IMG/VR virus record: IMGVR_UViG_3300034102_002786
Span: 18,413-82,412 of that record
DNA length: 64,000 nucleotides
DNA from: a virus
Taxonomy: Duplodnaviria > Heunggongvirae > Uroviricota > Caudoviricetes
Reading direction: 5' to 3' (one strand)
In this document: positions 63,973-64,000 of the stretch, one piece after another
Numbering within the stretch: the first letter of the stretch is position 1
Layout of the letters: each line of letters opens with the position of its first letter
The notes under the pieces: model-generated
The model's input: only the letters and a program-made list of their open reading frames with translations
Told to the model about the DNA's origin: nothing
Databases searched by the model: none
Translations under genes and position numbers: made by a program

Positions 63973-64000
63973 ATGGCTACGAGCAATTTCCACAACGTAA
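63973..64000 (+). CDS. 5' end of a gene continuing past the window (MATSNFHNV...)
   Basis: ATG immediately after module B in the aaaattATGG context; open to the window end. Confidence 0.3.

Noticed and set aside
1-64000. CRISPR arrays, rRNA genes, integrase or transposase genes, prophage att sites
   Set aside because: None seen. The only regular repeats are the fibre coding repeat, the tandem promoter copies and the operator motif. There are no spacer-repeat arrays and no tyrosine or serine recombinase motifs.

Overview
All predicted genes and RNAs in this AT-rich 64-kb window lie on the + strand, and the content reads as part of a large lytic phage or virus genome. The gene complement (CobS/CobT-like pair, GTP cyclohydrolase I, heme oxygenase plus bilin reductase, SpeD, SPFH, polynucleotide-kinase-like kinase, HNH endonuclease, collagen-like fibre) points to a large marine-type phage. 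The recurring promoter consensus (TTTG -N20- TAnnTTTG) and A-rich, Shine-Dalgarno-less start contexts (aaaattATGG) are Bacteroidetes-type, so a Flavobacteriia-like host is inferred. No integrase, capsid, terminase or DNA polymerase gene falls in this window. There are three blocks. Block 1 (1-20.6 kb) is a dense glycan-biosynthesis locus ending in a 796-aa fibre protein whose central ~300 aa are Gly-Ser/Thr-Ser triplets; I suspect a virus-encoded glycosylation system that decorates this fibre. The locus encodes a UDP-GlcNAc 2-epimerase fragment, GDP-L-fucose synthase, three more SDR epimerase/dehydratases, a GT11 alpha-1,2-fucosyltransferase, a GT2, four FkbM-type methyltransferases, a DegT-like aminotransferase, a GNAT, a heptose-kinase-like PfkB kinase and a fused HAD plus sugar-1-phosphate nucleotidylyltransferase. 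Block 2 (20.6-48.6 kb) is an auxiliary-metabolism block: HNH endonuclease, Pnk-like kinase, CobT-like vWA plus CobS-like AAA ATPase, GTP cyclohydrolase I, SPFH, IscU plus IscA Fe-S assembly pair, PspC, a second AAA ATPase, TerC flanked by duplicated DxD glycosyltransferase-like paralogs, a hotdog thioesterase, heme oxygenase plus PcyA/PebS-like bilin reductase, AdoMet decarboxylase and a PAP2 phosphatase. Block 3 (48.7-56.2 kb) is a tRNA array of 26 canonical tRNAs covering all 20 amino acids, plus a 147-nt tRNA-like gene carrying a 78-nt insertion. It is preceded by four tandem copies of one promoter and a ~1.4-kb ORF-free, relatively GC-richer, hairpin-rich segment that ends in a UUCG-loop terminator and is a candidate large structured ncRNA. 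A 2OG-Fe(II) oxygenase, a 3D-domain protein, a sialyltransferase-like gene and a CMP-sialic-acid-synthetase/RraA fusion sit in or next to the array. A palindromic operator-like motif TTGA-N3-TCAA (extended CATTGA-N3-TCAATG) recurs at least 11 times in intergenic regions, and a ~180-bp intergenic module is duplicated at 59.4 and 63.8 kb. All of this was read by eye from the sequence and the supplied ORF track; no searches were run, so protein-family calls rest on recognised motifs only.
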